The notes beneath the pieces are model-generated. The model made no database searches. It worked only from the letters and a program-made list of their open reading frames with translations, and was not told where the DNA came from. This document shows positions 9,892 through 20,246 of a stretch of 63,733 nt of DNA, one piece after another; within the stretch, counting starts at the first letter, position 1; each line of letters starts with the position of its first letter. Origin of the DNA: an uncultured Aestuariivirga sp. (lineage in GTDB: Bacteria > Pseudomonadota > Alphaproteobacteria > Rhizobiales > Aestuariivirgaceae); the NCBI GenBank assembly GCA_964530965.1, contig CAZHCO010000052.1, positions 1 to 63,733 on the forward strand, in the 5' to 3' direction. Made by a program: the position numbers and the translations under genes.

Positions 9892-10130
9892 GAATTCCAT
9901 GCCCCCATTGCGGCGAGAGAGACGTGAGTGAATTCCGCTACGGCGGCGACGCGACGAAGCAACGCCCCAAGCACGGTGAAGGCGACCTCAAGGCCTGGCA
10001 TGACTATTACTTCCTGTTCGACAATACCAAGGGCCCGCACACAGAATACTGGCAGCATGTGCTGGGCTGCAGGCATTGGTTCAAGCTGAAGCGCAACACG
10101 GCCACGAATGAGATCGGAGAGGCCCCATGA
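9888..10130 (+). CDS. soxD: Sarcosine oxidase-family delta subunit
   Basis: CPHCG...EF.YGG...HVLGC zinc ligands; start overlaps the soxB stop. Confidence 0.92.
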   Translation: MRIPCPHCGERDVSEFRYGGDATKQRPKHGEGDLKAWHDYYFLFDNTKGPHTEYWQHVLGCRHWFKLKRNTATNEIGEAP

Positions 10131-13060
10131 CGGCTTTCCGCAGGCTCGAAAAAGGTGGCCGCATAGACCGCAGCAAACCGGTCACTTTCACCTATGACGG
10201 CAAGCCGCTGAGTGGTTTTGTCGGCGACACACTAGCTTCGGCTTTGCTTGCCAATGGCAAGACCCTGACGTCACGAAGTTTCAAATATCATCGTCCACGG
10301 GGAATTGTGTCCACTGGTGTTGAAGAACCTAACGGCCTTTTCACGCTAGGAAAGAACGAACCCAATATTCCGGCAACGACCGTTGATCTCACTGAAGGTC
10401 TCGTCGCGCGCTCACAAAATGCCTGGCCGTCGCCAGACTTTGATTTGATGGCGGTGAACTCAGCTCTAAGCCCCATGTTTCAGTCGGGGTTCTATTACAA
10501 GACCTTCATGGGGCCGTTCAAAAAGTCTTGGATGTTTTATGAGCCCTTCATTCGGAGGGCCGCTGGTCTTGGCAAAGGCTCCTACGAAAAAGATCCGGAC
10601 CGCTACGATACAGTCCATGAATTCTGCGATGTGCTGGTTGTGGGCTCGGGTCCTGCAGGACTGACAGCAGCACTTGTTGCTGGTCGCAGCGGCGCGCGCG
10701 TTGTTTTGGTTGAGCAGGACTCAGAATTTGGCGGGCAATTGCTCTCTGAACGGACGGTCGATTTCGAAGCTTGGCGGAAAGCGCAAACATCTGAATTAGC
10801 TTCGCTTTCCAACGTGAAAATCCGCGCACGGACAACAGCACAAGGACTCTATGACGATAATTTTGTTGTCCTCTTGCAACGCCATGAAGATTCAGATTCT
10901 GCGAAAGGCAAACCGTTCCAGACTCTGATTTCACTTCGCGCCAGGTCAATAGTCTTTGCGACAGGCGCGCTTGAACGCCCCCTCGTGTTCTCCAACAATG
11001 ACAGGCCCGGCGTCATGCTGGCCTCCGCCGTGCGCACCTATCTCAACCGTTTCGCCGTGGCCCCGCTAAAGCGCCTGTGTATGGTGACCAACAATGACAC
11101 GGCTTACTTGACTGCGTTTGACCTTGCCGAGGCAGGTATTGCCGTCACCATGGCCGATTACCGCAAGATCATTCCATCAGACCTGCTCTCGAAGGCCGCG
11201 ATGCTCGGCATGGCCATGTTTCCGGGAACCGGTGTTGCCGATGTAGAAGGTGCCAAGCAGGTGAGCCGCGTGCAACTCGCGGGCGCCCATTCCGCCTCCA
11301 TCGAATGCGATGTGCTGGCCATGTCCGGCGGCTGGAGCCCGACGGTGCATCTTACCTCCCACAACGGCATCAAGCCCGTTTACGACGAGAAGATTGCAGC
11401 CTTTGTTCCCGGTGGATTTACTTCGACGCATTTTGGTGCGGGCGCCGTGGTGGGCCACTTTGGCCTTCAGGCCGCCGTGAAAGACGGCAATGAAATGGGC
11501 GCCAAGGCGGTTGCTGATTTTGGAAAGCCTGCAAAGCCCGTGGCACCACCTGAAGGCAAGGACCGCGCCCATCATATTCTGCCCGTGTGGCTTCCGGCCA
11601 TTGCGGGCAAGGGTAAAGCCTTTGTCGATGTGCAATCCGATGTGACCTTGAAGGACGTGAAAACCGCCCATCAGGAAGGCTATGTCAGCGTTGAACATTT
11701 GAAGCGCTACACGACGCTCGGCATGGGAACCGATCAGGGCAAGACGTCCAACATCAATGCGCTCGCCATCATGGCAGGACTTCGTGAGGTGCCGATCATG
11801 CAAGCCGGAACGACGACCTTCCGCCCGCCCTATACGGGGCTTGCCATTGGAGCCATTGCGGGCAGAACTGTCGGCCATCATTTCAGGCCTTATCGTCTCT
11901 CGCCCTTGCATGACGCCAACAAGGCACATGGCGCAACCCTCATCGAAGCGGGCCTGTGGATGCGCGCTTGGTATTATGCTTGGGCCGGAAATTCGCCGGA
12001 GACCGCCTACATCAAGGAAATGGCACTGGTGCGCAACGGCGTTGGCCTCGCCGATGTTTCCACCCTTGGCAAGATTGATGTACAGGGTCCCGACGCGGCG
12101 GAGTTCCTCAACCGTGTTTACGTCAATGGTTTTGCCAAACTGCCCGTGGGCAAGGCACGCTATGGCGTGATGCTGAATGATGATGGTGTGGTGCTGGATG
12201 ATGGCACGACCACGCGCATTTCGGACACTCAGTTTTACTTGACCACAACTACCGCGCAGGCGGGCGAAGTGATGTCCTGGCTCGAATACCTGCTGCAGGT
12301 CCATTGGACCGATTTGAAAGTTCATGTCACCTCGCTCACCGATGAATGGGCCGGCATGGCGGTATCTGGACCGAAATCGCGCGAAGCCTTGCAACTTGCT
12401 TTTCCGGAAGCGGATGTCTCCACTGAAAATCTCCCCTACATGGGTTGCCTTGATGTGCATTTGGATGGTGTTCGCATCCGCCTGCTGCGCCTCTCCTTCT
12501 CCGGTGAGTTGGCCTATGAAGTCCATTGTCCCGCTGACAATGCCTGTGACTTATGGGAACATTTCCTGAAGGTTGCAGAGCCTTTGGGCATCAAGCCCTA
12601 TGGCTTGGAAGCGCTGGCATCCTTGCGCATCGAGAAAGGCCATGTGGCTGGCCTTGAACTCGATCATCGCAACACCCTGGATGATCTTGGCCTCGGCAAA
12701 ATGGCAGGCAAAGAAAAAGCCTATGTCGGCAAGGAACTGCGCATGCGTGAAAACCTGCAGGCGCCGGAACGCTGGAGCCTCGTCGGTATAGAATTGATGG
12801 AGACGGACAAGAAATTGCGCGGTGGCTCCATCCTGTTTTCAGCGGGCGATGAGATCAAGGGCCATGGTCGCGGCTACATCACTTCAGTCACTTGGTCCAC
12901 AGAGCTAAACAAATTCATCGCCCTTGGCCTCTATCAGGGCGGATTGAAGCATGAAGGCGAAGACATCATCTGCGCCTTCCCTTTGAAGAACGAACAGGTC
13001 AAGGCCCGCATCGTCTCGCCGCATTTCATCGACCGGGAAGGAGCGCGCCTCAATGCTTGA
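10127..13060 (+). CDS. soxA: Sarcosine oxidase-family alpha subunit
   Basis: GDTLASALLANG, RSFKYHRPRG, GSGPAGL, EHLKRYTTLGMGTDQGK, C-terminal GcvT-like folate-binding domain. Confidence 0.93.
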   Translation: MTAFRRLEKGGRIDRSKPVTFTYDGKPLSGFVGDTLASALLANGKTLTSRSFKYHRPRGIVSTGVEEPNGLFTLGKNEPNIPATTVDLTEGLVARSQNAWPSPDFDLMAVNSALSPMFQSGFYYKTFMGPFKKSWMFYEPFIRRAAGLGKGSYEKDPDRYDTVHEFCDVLVVGSGPAGLTAALVAGRSGARVVLVEQDSEFGGQLLSERTVDFEAWRKAQTSELASLSNVKIRARTTAQGLYDDNFVVLLQRHEDSDSAKGKPFQTLISLRARSIVFATGALERPLVFSNNDRPGVMLASAVRTYLNRFAVAPLKRLCMVTNNDTAYLTAFDLAEAGIAVTMADYRKIIPSDLLSKAAMLGMAMFPGTGVADVEGAKQVSRVQLAGAHSASIECDVLAMSGGWSPTVHLTSHNGIKPVYDEKIAAFVPGGFTSTHFGAGAVVGHFGLQAAVKDGNEMGAKAVADFGKPAKPVAPPEGKDRAHHILPVWLPAIAGKGKAFVDVQSDVTLKDVKTAHQEGYVSVEHLKRYTTLGMGTDQGKTSNINALAIMAGLREVPIMQAGTTTFRPPYTGLAIGAIAGRTVGHHFRPYRLSPLHDANKAHGATLIEAGLWMRAWYYAWAGNSPETAYIKEMALVRNGVGLADVSTLGKIDVQGPDAAEFLNRVYVNGFAKLPVGKARYGVMLNDDGVVLDDGTTTRISDTQFYLTTTTAQAGEVMSWLEYLLQVHWTDLKVHVTSLTDEWAGMAVSGPKSREALQLAFPEADVSTENLPYMGCLDVHLDGVRIRLLRLSFSGELAYEVHCPADNACDLWEHFLKVAEPLGIKPYGLEALASLRIEKGHVAGLELDHRNTLDDLGLGKMAGKEKAYVGKELRMRENLQAPERWSLVGIELMETDKKLRGGSILFSAGDEIKGHGRGYITSVTWSTELNKFIALGLYQGGLKHEGEDIICAFPLKNEQVKARIVSPHFIDREGARLNA

Positions 13061-13577
13061 CCGCCGCTCAGCCCTTGCCAGCGCCAAACCCTATGCAAGC
13101 CCCGTTCTGCAGATCAGCGAAGCGCGCGGCTTTTCCCTGCTGCAAGTCGCGGGCCCCGCAAAGGCCATAAGCCCGATCACCGGCAAGCTGCCAACCAAAG
13201 TTGGCGTAACCTTGCAAAGCGATGGCCGCACACTCATGCGCACCGGAGAAAGCCAGTTCTGGATCATTGGACCCGAGAATGACGACATCGCAACGAAGCT
13301 GGACGGCGTTGCCATCCTCACGCCCCTTTCGCACAGCCGCACAAGGATATTCATCGAAGGCGCGCCGGCTCGCGATGTTCTCAGCAAAGGCATTCCGCTA
13401 GATTTCTATCCCACTGTTTTCAAGCCCGGCATGTTCGCCATGACCGGCATCCACCACACGCCCGTGCTGGCCCATTGCGTGAGTGATAACCGTTTTGAGA
13501 TCTACGCCCTCCGCACCTTTGCCCTCAGCGTCTACGACTGGCTCACCGATGCGGCGCTGGAATTTAGCGATCATTGA
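13053..13577 (+). CDS. soxG: Sarcosine oxidase-family gamma subunit
   Basis: Follows soxA with overlap; LSHSRT.I.IEG..ARDVLSKG.PLDF, RTFA..VYDWL.DAA motifs. Confidence 0.88.
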   Translation: MLDRRSALASAKPYASPVLQISEARGFSLLQVAGPAKAISPITGKLPTKVGVTLQSDGRTLMRTGESQFWIIGPENDDIATKLDGVAILTPLSHSRTRIFIEGAPARDVLSKGIPLDFYPTVFKPGMFAMTGIHHTPVLAHCVSDNRFEIYALRTFALSVYDWLTDAALEFSDH

Positions 13578-14478
13578 CTGGGCTCCTTGTGAGCCAGTCC
13601 AAAAGTCTTGTGAGTCCTGCCTTGCGTGATTTGGATTGCGGAAAAACGGCACAATAGCTGTGGCCCAGCGGCAGCGAATTTTCCGAGGCGATGACAAGGC
13701 GGCCTGCCGCTATGTCAGGCACGGCAAGCTGGTGTTGGCCAAGCGCAACGCCAAGTCCATTGCGGGCAAAATCAAGGGTCAGTCGCGACATGGCCAAGCG
13801 GTGGCCCTTGCTTTCATCAAGTTTGCGGGCGGGGCAATTGCCCTTCATCCAATCATTCCAGCCGGGATGGGACGCGAAACTTGGCCCCCAGACCGTGTGA
13901 ATGAAATCTTGATCGGGCAAACTGCCCCATTCAATTGTTTGCCGCGGCTGCCTGGCGAGGTAAGATGGAGCACACATCGGCAGGACATGATCTTGAAACA
14001 ATGGAACTGTTTTGAGGTCAGGATAGAGATTGGTCCCATAACAGATACGGAGGTCAATTTCGTGGCGCGCAAAATCGATGGGGTCATCCTCTACCCGGAG
14101 AGTGATTTTCATCAAAGGCTCGGCTGCGCAGAATTCGGCAAACTGCGGAACGAACCAGCACTCGGCGAGAGATGGAAGTGCGCTAACCACAAGATTCGAA
14201 CGCGATGTGCCTGACATCACGCGGACGGCGATTTCGGAAATGTCTTCAAGTGCCGGCGTGGTGCCGGCGTAGATCGATTGGCCCGCATCGGTGAGCGCGA
14301 TGCGATTGTTAAACCGCATGAAAAGCGTCTTGCCAAGATATGACTCGAGATGGCGCACCTGTTGGCTGATAGCGGCAGGAGAAACGCCAAGCTCTTCCGC
14401 GGCTGCAACATAGCTTCCTGTACGCGCGGCAGCTTCGAAGGATTTTAGGGCGTTGAGAGGCGGCAGATTCAAGGGCAT
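13564..14478 (-). CDS. LysR family regulator, GcvA subfamily
   Basis: LPPLNALKSFEAAARTGSY...AISQQVRHLE N-terminus. Confidence 0.93.
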   Translation of the reverse strand: MPLNLPPLNALKSFEAAARTGSYVAAAEELGVSPAAISQQVRHLESYLGKTLFMRFNNRIALTDAGQSIYAGTTPALEDISEIAVRVMSGTSRSNLVVSALPSLAECWFVPQFAEFCAAEPLMKITLRVEDDPIDFARHEIDLRICYGTNLYPDLKTVPLFQDHVLPMCAPSYLARQPRQTIEWGSLPDQDFIHTVWGPSFASHPGWNDWMKGNCPARKLDESKGHRLAMSRLTLDFARNGLGVALGQHQLAVPDIAAGRLVIASENSLPLGHSYCAVFPQSKSRKAGLTRLLDWLTRSPVNDR

Positions 14479-14581
14479 GAGCTTGTTTCAATAGTTTTTC
14501 TGAGTCACAATAACATTTTATAGGGTTGTGAATAGGAAAAACTTAGTCAAATCTGATGCTTTACCATGGGAGAACCCCGCA

Positions 14582-15370
14582 ATGCGCCAAATTATCGATC
14601 TTGACCGTTACCCCCTCGACAAGCCGGGAACACCTGCATGGATTATGCTGGTTGAGAGGTGCCGCGCGGACCTTGCAAAGGAAGGCATGTTCAATCTGGA
14701 AGGCCTTGTAAAGCCGGAGGCGCTCACCCGTGCGGTGACGGAGCTGCAGCCTGTGCTTGACACGCTTTCGTTCACCCACAAGCGCCTGCACAATATTTAT
14801 TTCAAGAAAGAAATTCCAGGCCTTACTGCCGATCACCCGGCGCTGCGCATGACGCAAACAATCAATCACACCATCTGTTACGACCAAATTCCAAACAGCA
14901 TTCCGGCTTGGATCTATGAATGGCCAAGCTTCATTGTGTTCCTCGCTGCCACCATGCAGAAGGAAACCCTGTTTCCCATGCGCGATCCCCTCGCGCGATT
15001 GAACGTCATGGCTTACCGTGATGGCGAAGCGCTCAATTGGCATTTCGACCGCAGCGAATTCACCACAACAATTCTGCTGCAAGCGCCCGATGAAGGCGGT
15101 GACTTCGTGTACCGCAGCGATCTTCGCAGCGACAGTGATCCGAACTATGATGGTGTAACGAAACTGCTTGAGGGTAAAGACCCGGAAGTGAAAACCTTGA
15201 AGCTCGCCGCCGGAACCCTGAATGTGTTCCGTGGCAAGAACACCGCCCACAAAGTGAGTACGGTGAAGGGTGCCCGCGAGCGTATCATCACCGTGTTCTC
15301 ATACTTCGACAGGCCCGGCGTGAAATTCTCTGCCGAAGAGCAGATCGGATTTTACGGTCGCGCGGTTTAA
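14582..15370 (+). CDS. Fe(II)/2-oxoglutarate oxygenase, BesD/HalD-like family, hydroxylase-type HxD motif
   Basis: IDLDRYPL N-terminus, LNWHFD (HxD), LLQAPDEGG.F, distal His (TAHKV) and 2OG-binding Arg (ERI). Confidence 0.7.
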   Translation: MRQIIDLDRYPLDKPGTPAWIMLVERCRADLAKEGMFNLEGLVKPEALTRAVTELQPVLDTLSFTHKRLHNIYFKKEIPGLTADHPALRMTQTINHTICYDQIPNSIPAWIYEWPSFIVFLAATMQKETLFPMRDPLARLNVMAYRDGEALNWHFDRSEFTTTILLQAPDEGGDFVYRSDLRSDSDPNYDGVTKLLEGKDPEVKTLKLAAGTLNVFRGKNTAHKVSTVKGARERIITVFSYFDRPGVKFSAEEQIGFYGRAV

Positions 15371-17802
15371 CCCCGCATTCTTTCGCCCTTGGGGTCAAAC
15401 GGCGGATCGACGATGATTGTTGCTTTGCGCTGCTCGCCGATGATTTCAATGTCGAAGGCGCCCTTGCCCAGATCGTCGGCGAGTTCCTTCGGCACATAGC
15501 CCTGCGCCATGGACCTATCAACGAAATGCGCAAAGCCGCCCGATGTCACCCAGCCCACCACCTTGCCCTTGTGTGAGATCGGTTCATCACCCAGTACGTC
15601 CGCATCTCCCGCATCGACAATCATGGAAACTCGGCGGAGTTTGCCTCCGCTGCGCTTTTCTTCCATGGCTGCATCGCGGCCGATGAAATCATTCTTGGTG
15701 AGATCGATGAAGCGGTCCATGCCCGCTTCGAACCCGCCATAGATCGGGCGCAGCTCGCGGTACCAAGTCGGGAAGTTTTTTTCCAGGCGCATGCAGAGCA
15801 GGGCCCGCATACCGAAATTGATGATGCCTTGGTCCGCACCCGCCTTCATGATTTCCTGATAGAGGCGGCGCTGGTAGTCCGGCGCCACCCAGATTTCATA
15901 GCCCAAGTCGCCCGTATAGGTGACGCGGTTGATGAGGGCAGGCACATTGCCGATGTCCATGGCGCGGTGATCCATGAATTTGAAGGCGGCGTTCGAAACA
16001 TCTGCATCTGTAAGTTTCTCTAGCACGGCGCGCGACTTTGGACCGGCGATGGAAAGACCAACAAGCCCCATGTCATAGCGGTGAATATGCACGCTGTCGT
16101 CCGTGGGCAGATGTTGCTCAAACCAGCGCATGTGGTATTTCTGGGCCTGGCTTGAGCCCCACATGTAGAAGGTATCGTTGCCCGCATTGGCGATCGTGAA
16201 ATCGCCGATCAATTTGCCGTTCGGGTTCAACATCGGCGTCAAGATGAGGCGGCCCACCTTCGGCATCTTGTTGGTCATCATCCGTGACAGGAAAGCTTCG
16301 GCGCCATTGCCGGTGAAACGGTATTTGGCGAAATTGGCAATCTCGGTGACACCAACGCCGTTACGCACACCTAAAACTTCCGCCTTCACATGGGCAAAAT
16401 CATTGGATCGGTGGAAGGAGAAAATATCCTTGGGAGCAACGCCCTTCGGTGCAAACCACAAAGGTGTTTCAAGACCCCATGAATCACCCATGACGGCACC
16501 CTGTGCAATCATGGTGTCATAGAGCGCCGTGGTCTGTTGCGGCCGAGCACCCGGAAGCTCTTCATTAGGAAACTTGATTGAGAAGCGGCGGGCATAATTC
16601 TCTCGCACCTTTTCATTTGTGTAGCTGCGTGTGGCCCATTCACCAAACCGTGAAACATCCATGGCCCAGACATCAAAGCCCGGATCGCCATTCACCATCC
16701 ATTGCGAGAGCGCCAAGCCCACACCGCCACCCTGACTGAAGCCTGCCATAACTGCACAGGCGCACCAGAAATTCCTCAGGCCCTGCACCGGGCCCACCAG
16801 CGGATTGCCATCGGGCGAGAAGGTGAACGGCCCGTTGATCACCCGCTTGATGCCGGCCTTGGCGAGAGCCGGGAAATGCCGGTAGCCGATTTCAAGATGA
16901 TCGGCGATACGGTCGAGGTCGGGAGCAAGCAACTCCTGGCCGAAATCCCATGGCGTCTGTTTGGGCTGCCACGGGCGGCAGTCTTTCTCGTAGGTGCCGA
17001 GCACAACGCCGGAGCGCTCCTGCCGCATATAGATTTCCGACTTGAAATCGATGATGTGCGGAAGCTCGCGCCCGCGCTCCTTGTTGTAGGCAATGACTTC
17101 GGGCATGTCGTCGGTGACGAGATACATGTGCTCCATGGCGAGCACAGGAAGCTCCAGACCCACCATGCGGCCCACTTCGCGGGCCCACAGCCCGCCGCAA
17201 TTCACCACATGTTCAGCATGGATATTGCCATTGGCAGTGATTACATCCCAGGAGCCATCGGCGCGCGCCTTCAAATCCTCAACGCGGCAATTCTGGTAGA
17301 TCTCGGCGCCTGCAATGCGCGCCGACTTGGCATAGGCATGAGTCGTGCCTTCGGGATCAAGGTTGCCGTCGGCCGCATCCAGCATGGCGCCGACAAAGTA
17401 TTTTTCTTCGAGCAACGGATTCAGCTCCTTGGCATCCTTCATCGACATCATCTCGGTTTCTAGGCCGAGATACTTGGCCCGCGCATGGGCCATTTTAAGC
17501 CATTCCAGGCGCTCCGGCGTATCTGCCAGAATCAATCCGCCGGAACGGTGCAGTCCGCAGGCCTGGCCGGAAATCTTCTCAAGTTCGTCATAAAGGCCAA
17601 TGGTGTAACCTTGCAGCTTGGCCACATTGGGATCGCCGTTGAGCGTATGAAAGCCGCCCGCTGCATGCCAGGTGGAACCTGAAGTCAGGCGATCACGCTC
17701 GACCAGCACCACATCTTTCCAGCCCGCCTTGGTGAGGTGGTAAAGCACTGAGCAGCCAACCACACCACCCCCGATGACAACAACGCGCGCCTGCGATTTC
17801 AT
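15367..17802 (-). CDS. GcvT-family FAD oxidoreductase (dimethylglycine dehydrogenase-like)
   Basis: GGGVVG, LTSGSTWHAAG covalent-flavin motif, FSPDGNPLVG, C-terminal aminomethyltransferase domain. Confidence 0.9.
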   Translation of the reverse strand: MKSQARVVVIGGGVVGCSVLYHLTKAGWKDVVLVERDRLTSGSTWHAAGGFHTLNGDPNVAKLQGYTIGLYDELEKISGQACGLHRSGGLILADTPERLEWLKMAHARAKYLGLETEMMSMKDAKELNPLLEEKYFVGAMLDAADGNLDPEGTTHAYAKSARIAGAEIYQNCRVEDLKARADGSWDVITANGNIHAEHVVNCGGLWAREVGRMVGLELPVLAMEHMYLVTDDMPEVIAYNKERGRELPHIIDFKSEIYMRQERSGVVLGTYEKDCRPWQPKQTPWDFGQELLAPDLDRIADHLEIGYRHFPALAKAGIKRVINGPFTFSPDGNPLVGPVQGLRNFWCACAVMAGFSQGGGVGLALSQWMVNGDPGFDVWAMDVSRFGEWATRSYTNEKVRENYARRFSIKFPNEELPGARPQQTTALYDTMIAQGAVMGDSWGLETPLWFAPKGVAPKDIFSFHRSNDFAHVKAEVLGVRNGVGVTEIANFAKYRFTGNGAEAFLSRMMTNKMPKVGRLILTPMLNPNGKLIGDFTIANAGNDTFYMWGSSQAQKYHMRWFEQHLPTDDSVHIHRYDMGLVGLSIAGPKSRAVLEKLTDADVSNAAFKFMDHRAMDIGNVPALINRVTYTGDLGYEIWVAPDYQRRLYQEIMKAGADQGIINFGMRALLCMRLEKNFPTWYRELRPIYGGFEAGMDRFIDLTKNDFIGRDAAMEEKRSGGKLRRVSMIVDAGDADVLGDEPISHKGKVVGWVTSGGFAHFVDRSMAQGYVPKELADDLGKGAFDIEIIGEQRKATIIVDPPFDPKGERMRG

Positions 17803-18118
17803 GGAATTTTCCTTGGAAAAACAGATATCTTTGAGCTTCAATAGCGCAAGCGCAAGGTTCTTCGCAATTGGCTGGGCGGTGAGAAGAATTCAACTGAAGC
17901 GTCCGTCAGTCTTGATGACTTGTCGCGTACGATCAGCTGGCCCATGCGGCAGTAAAACCAAAAACTCGGTCAATCTTGCCTAAATTCTTCCCGGTCTGAA
18001 AAAACAACTCTTAATCAAGGGCTTGCTAACCTCACCGTGCCGTCGATCGCCCCCCGCGCTACCAAATCTTAACAGCTCCGCGATAGACACAAACCTTCAT
18101 TGTGATGGGATACGGGAC

Positions 18119-19183
18119 ATGACAGCGCCAAGAAGACGACGGGATGACGTGCACCGGCCGCTGTTGTCCGTGGTCGTCCCCATGTACAACGAAGAAGAAG
18201 GAACAGAGCTCTTCTTCACCAGGCTTGTGCCCGTGCTCGAATCCATAACACCAGATTTCGAAATCGTCTGCGTTGATGATGGCAGTTCAGACCGCACCAT
18301 GGCGAACCTTATGCGCCACCATGGCCGCGACAGCCGCATCAAGGTGTTGAGCCTGTCGCGTAATTTCGGCAAGGATACCGCACTCACCGCCGGGCTGGAC
18401 TATGCCCGTGGACAGGCGGTTGTTCCAATCGATGCTGACCTTCAGGACCCGCCTGAACTCATCGCCGAGATGGTTGCCAAATGGCGCGAGGGTTATGAGG
18501 TCGTCTACGCCCGCAGGTCACACCGCGACAGTGATGACATGTCCAAGCGCCTCACCGCTGGTCTTTTCTACCGCATTCACAACTGGATCGCCGATGTACG
18601 CATCCCGGACAATACCGGTGACTTCCGCCTGATGGACCGGCGCGTTGTCGAGGCGGTGAAACATCTGCCGGAAAAAACCCGTTTCATGAAAGGCCTCTTC
18701 GCCTGGGTTGGTTTCAAGCAGATCGGCATTGATTATCGTCGCGAAGCTCGCGCCGCTGGCATCACCAAATGGCGCTATTGGAAACTGTGGAATTTTGCCC
18801 TTGATGGGATTACCGGTTCTTCCACTGTTCCGCTCCGTATCTGGACCTATTGTGGCATGGGGCTCGGGCTATTGACCTTCGCCTACGCATTCTGGCTCGT
18901 CGTTCATACCGTGCTCTACGGCAACGCGGTTCCAGGCTATGCCTCGCTTATGGTAGCCGTGCTTTTCCTCGGCTCCCTGAACATTGTTGCAACCGGCATT
19001 CTCGGCGAATATGTGGGCCGCATATATTCCGAAGTGCGCAACCGGCCACTCTATCTTGTCCGCGAGATGCGCGGTCTTGAAGCCCAAGAGGATCAGGCAA
19101 AAACATGGAACGAAATGTCTATCACCGCCTCGACCAGCTCGAAGGCGAACACTGGTGGTTCTGCGCGCGCCGCCGGATTTTAA
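18119..19183 (+). CDS. GT2 polyprenol-phosphate glycosyltransferase (GtrB-like)
   Basis: SVVVPMYNEE, VDDGSSD, SRNFGK, IDADLQDPPE, GDFRLMDR, two C-terminal TMs, GEYVGRIY.EVR.RP.Y. Confidence 0.93.
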   Translation: MTAPRRRRDDVHRPLLSVVVPMYNEEEGTELFFTRLVPVLESITPDFEIVCVDDGSSDRTMANLMRHHGRDSRIKVLSLSRNFGKDTALTAGLDYARGQAVVPIDADLQDPPELIAEMVAKWREGYEVVYARRSHRDSDDMSKRLTAGLFYRIHNWIADVRIPDNTGDFRLMDRRVVEAVKHLPEKTRFMKGLFAWVGFKQIGIDYRREARAAGITKWRYWKLWNFALDGITGSSTVPLRIWTYCGMGLGLLTFAYAFWLVVHTVLYGNAVPGYASLMVAVLFLGSLNIVATGILGEYVGRIYSEVRNRPLYLVREMRGLEAQEDQAKTWNEMSITASTSSKANTGGSARAAGF

Positions 19184-19839
19184 AGTCTGTCATCGCGGGG
19201 TTTGCTCCACGAAACACCGGCCTGCGCCTTCTTGAGGCGGGCTGCGGAACTGGCGGCAACTTGCGCATGCTATCCGAATTCGGTTCGCTCGAAGCCTTTG
19301 AGCTTGACGATGAAGCCCGCGATATCGCGCGTCGGAAATTACCCATTGATGTGAAAAGCGGTATGCTGCCTGATGGCATTCCCTTTAAGCCGGGTTCCTT
19401 TGACATCGTTGTGGCTTTTGATGTGATCGAGCATGTGGAACGCGATGTGGAGAGCCTTGCAAAGTTGCGCGAGCAGTTGGCTCCAGGTGGCCGTCTGATG
19501 ATGACGGTTCCGGCTCTGCCCTGGCTGTGGAGCCGGCATGACGTAAGCCATCATCACTTCCGCCGTTATACCCGTAGCCAGCTCAATGCAACGTTGCGCC
19601 GTGCTGGTCTTGAGCCCGTACGCATCACCTATTTCAACACTTTGCTGTTTCCTGCGATCGCTGTGGTGCGGCTTTGCAAAAAGGCGCTCGGCCTGAAGGA
19701 GGAGGGGGACGACAGCATGCCGTCTTCAATCATGAACGGAGTGCTCAAAAAAATCTTCGGATTCGAGAGCAATTTCATCGGCCGCATTCACCTGCCCATC
19801 GGCGTATCGCTTCTCGCGGTAGCACAACGCGCGGCATGA
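19105..19839 (+). CDS. Class I SAM-dependent methyltransferase
   Basis: HWWF..RR, LEAGCGTG, FDVIEH, TVPA.P.LWS.HD...HHFRRY motifs. Confidence 0.9.
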   Translation: MERNVYHRLDQLEGEHWWFCARRRILKSVIAGFAPRNTGLRLLEAGCGTGGNLRMLSEFGSLEAFELDDEARDIARRKLPIDVKSGMLPDGIPFKPGSFDIVVAFDVIEHVERDVESLAKLREQLAPGGRLMMTVPALPWLWSRHDVSHHHFRRYTRSQLNATLRRAGLEPVRITYFNTLLFPAIAVVRLCKKALGLKEEGDDSMPSSIMNGVLKKIFGFESNFIGRIHLPIGVSLLAVAQRAA

Positions 19840-20231
19840 ACGGGCTTCTGCGGCAGGCGGCGAAATTCGCGACCGTCGGCGGAGGTGCCACGGCTGTGCA
19901 CCTGGTCACGGCTCTGGCGCTCAACAGCCTTGCGCAGGTCTCACCCTTGCGCGCCAATTTCATGGCTTTTCTTGTGGCGTCTTTCGTTTCTTATATCGCC
20001 AACTGGTACTGGACCTTTGATGGAAACAGCCCCCATGTATTCTCTGTTCCCCGTTTCGCCGCCCTATCGCTTGCTTGCTTTGGTGTGAACCAGGCCATCG
20101 TCTTTGGCGTTGTGGAACTCCTGCATCAGCCACTCTGGATCGCCATGGTGCCGGTGGTCATCGTCATTCCGGCCTTCGGATTCTGGCTGAGCAAGACTAA
20201 GATATTCAGCAACGCCGACGAGCGGACCTGA
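19836..20231 (+). CDS. GtrA family flippase
   Basis: KFATVGG, AN..AF.VA, N.YWTF motifs; 4 TMs; ATGA overlap with the methyltransferase stop. Confidence 0.88.
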   Translation: MNGLLRQAAKFATVGGGATAVHLVTALALNSLAQVSPLRANFMAFLVASFVSYIANWYWTFDGNSPHVFSVPRFAALSLACFGVNQAIVFGVVELLHQPLWIAMVPVVIVIPAFGFWLSKTKIFSNADERT

Positions 20232-20246
20232 CGTGGAGAATGTTTC

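Noticed and set aside
11177-12526. 449-aa antisense ORF inside soxA
   Set aside because: Shadow ORF produced by codon bias on the opposite strand; no recognisable motifs.
14582-15370. Radical halogenase call for the BesD-like protein
   Set aside because: It retains the HxD carboxylate ligand; halogenases have HxG or HxA.
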